Shown here: one piece after another, positions 62,306 through 64,000 of the stretch
Layout: each line of letters begins with the position of its first letter
How positions within the stretch are numbered: the first letter of the stretch is position 1
Assembly (NCBI GenBank): GCA_022813965.1
Contig: JALDZS010000114.1
Span: 1-64,000 of the forward strand
Origin: Toensbergia leucococca
Taxonomy: Eukaryota
Length of the DNA: 64,000 bases
Reading direction: 5' to 3'
Program-made: the position numbers and the translations under genes
Notes under the pieces: model-generated
The model's input: the letters and a program-made list of their open reading frames with translations, nothing else
Database searches by the model: none
What the model was told of the DNA's origin: nothing

Positions 62306-64000
62306 CTACGGCATCTCTTCCTCGAGCGAGAAATCAAACGCTTTGAACGCCTTCTTGAACGCCTCCGCGTCCGCCGCCTCCTCCGCCTGCGACTGCATGC
62401 AATCCTTCCACTGCATACGCGCCTCCAGCTCGAGCAACTTGGCCATGACCCTTCGCCCAAACTGCAGATCGAATCGAAAATGATTTGAAAGAGGCAAAAT
62501 GAGCGATTTATCCTTACCGGGATGGTTCTCTTCCTCGTCCGCGCCGTTGTTCGGCAAAGCAGCCTTGATGTCATCATCATCGTCTTCTCCAGGCCGCCAG
62601 ATCCAAACGCGGAAATAGTCTGAATTCTCAGCGAAGCCGTCGCCGATTTCTTTGGCTTGAAAGAGGGGGTATTTTTCGTTCTCGGCTTCGACTTTGAAGG
62701 CGGCTTCGACGAGGCCTTGTTTTATTAGCGAGGTTGGCACGGGTAGGAATTGCCAGTGAATGTGGATGCCGGTGGCGCGGCTGACTTCCCAGGTCACGGC
62801 GCCGAGGGAGCGTCTGGGGGTAGAGTGGAGGAGCATGGTTTGGAGTGCGGTGCGGTACCGAGTCATTTCTTTGTAGGTGGCTGTGCGGGTTTCCGGGGTC
62901 GGGATGGTGGCGAAGGTTGAGGAGTGGGCTAGGGGTATTATGAGGATGTGGTTAGGGAAGGGGAGAGGGGGAAAGGTGGAGGCGGTGCTGAGGGGGCCTT
63001 TGGCGGTTGTGAGGTAGGCGTCATCTGCGATGGAGGTGATGAGGTGCGTTGCTAGGTTGGGGCTTGAGAGGCAAAAGTAGCATTCTGAGGGAGTGGGGGG
63101 TGGGTGGCGGGACCGTTTGAAGGGGTGGTGGTAGGGATCGGTACTGGAGAAGCGCGAGTAGGTGTGCTCTTGGTTGGAGTGGCGCGGACGTTTTTTTCTG
63201 GAGTTCGTGAGGCTGATGGGGGGAAGAGTTACGCCTGTGGGAAGGGTGAGAGGAGCAGAGGCTTGAGGGTCAAGAGAAAAGGCGTAAAGCCATTTTTGTT
63301 TGGCTGGGTTGGCGAAGGCGGCTAGGCTGATGAAGCGCGTGATATCACGGACTGCGGAGTCGTCTTCTTGTCTTCTAGGGTGAAAAAATGGCTCTCTTTC
63401 GTAAAAGACATTTTCTGATATACTGAAATGGTAGCGTGGGTGTAGAGCGGCGCAGAGGTCGGCGACGTACTGCTCTCCATCTGGGCTCTGGGCCTCATCT
63501 GGAAATGCGATGCAAGAATTGTCGCGGATAGACAATGGCCAGCTGCTGGTGATGAGAATATCTGCAGAGTTGGCGCCTCGGAGTGCTTTGACGTCTTCCT
63601 CGGTGTGGAGGGGGAGATATTTTGACTCGGACTTATCGCTTGGATTTAACAAGTCTGCAGTGTCGAGAGTGCCTCCTAAAGCTACGATGCGCAGTCCTTC
63701 AGAAGTCTTGGTGATTGATCTTTTGCCAAGAAAATACAGGTTCGGACACACTTCGTCACTTGATGCTTCTAGGTGATCGATGATCTGCTGGGGAAGAGCA
63801 TACTTCCCTAGGGTGAAGTAGGTTGGTAGTGGGACGGTGATGGCCCCTCTGAGAAGAGATGAGAGGTCCTCTTCCGAGTCCGGAGAGGATTTAGAGGGGT
63901 CTTCGAAGAGGTCTCCTAGTATTATAGCAAGGGAAAAGCTGTTCTTAGAGTGTAGTTTTGTTAGTTTATCGAAGACGGGTGGAAATTGTCCTGAGATGGC
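62306..64000 (-). CDS. CWF19-like protein (Drn1/Mug161/CWF19L1 type), 5'-partial
   Basis: Frame open to the window end (AISGQF...AIILGDLF); metallophosphatase-like N-part (ADILITSSWP, PRYHF, FYEREPF); CwfJ CYFCLS, AKGPL, HIHWQ, FDLQFGRRV. Confidence 0.9.
   Translation of the reverse strand, partial: AISGQFPPVFDKLTKLHSKNSFSLAIILGDLFEDPSKSSPDSEEDLSSLLRGAITVPLPTYFTLGKYALPQQIIDHLEASSDEVCPNLYFLGKRSITKTSEGLRIVALGGTLDTADLLNPSDKSESKYLPLHTEEDVKALRGANSADILITSSWPLSIRDNSCIAFPDEAQSPDGEQYVADLCAALHPRYHFSISENVFYEREPFFHPRRQEDDSAVRDITRFISLAAFANPAKQKWLYAFSLDPQASAPLTLPTGVTLPPISLTNSRKKRPRHSNQEHTYSRFSSTDPYHHPFKRSRHPPPTPSECYFCLSSPNLATHLITSIADDAYLTTAKGPLSTASTFPPLPFPNHILIIPLAHSSTFATIPTPETRTATYKEMTRYRTALQTMLLHSTPRRSLGAVTWEVSRATGIHIHWQFLPVPTSLIKQGLVEAAFKVEAENEKYPLFQAKEIGDGFAENSDYFRVWIWRPGEDDDDDIKAALPNNGADEEENHPGKDKSLILPLSNHFRFDLQFGRRVMAKLLELEARMQWKDCMQSQAEEAADAEAFKKAFKAFDFSLEEEMP

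Overview
Gene-dense, intron-containing DNA of a filamentous ascomycete (Pezizomycotina). Some accessory gene families suggest a lichen-forming lineage, but that is inference. About 27 loci were resolved by manual splicing (GT..CTRAY..YAG introns). Conserved genes: GFA/CENP-V protein, Kch1-type membrane protein, TAPT1/EMP65, DUG2, TIM17, two P450s, an old-yellow-enzyme, asparaginase-2, secreted tyrosinase, NAD(P)-binding SDR, SnoaL-like protein, eisosome PilB, GH20, Crh-type GH16, TyrRS, adenylate cyclase, Pin2-like protein and CWF19-like protein. Accessory patches hold an F-box-like orphan, a CpG-free AT-rich relic, a frameshifted RNase H pseudogene and a SesA/HeLo-like + ankyrin gene. Most striking: the Crh GH16 gene has two overlapping 5' splice sites (GTGAGTGAGC) that read the last exon in two frames, and each frame ends in its own GPI-signal-like tail (short-stalk versus long-stalk isoform). 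Also notable are recurrent C-rich to G-rich strand-skew switches and a start codon split by an intron. No tRNA, rRNA, CRISPR array or intact transposon was recognised. Family calls come from recognising motifs by eye, not from database searches.
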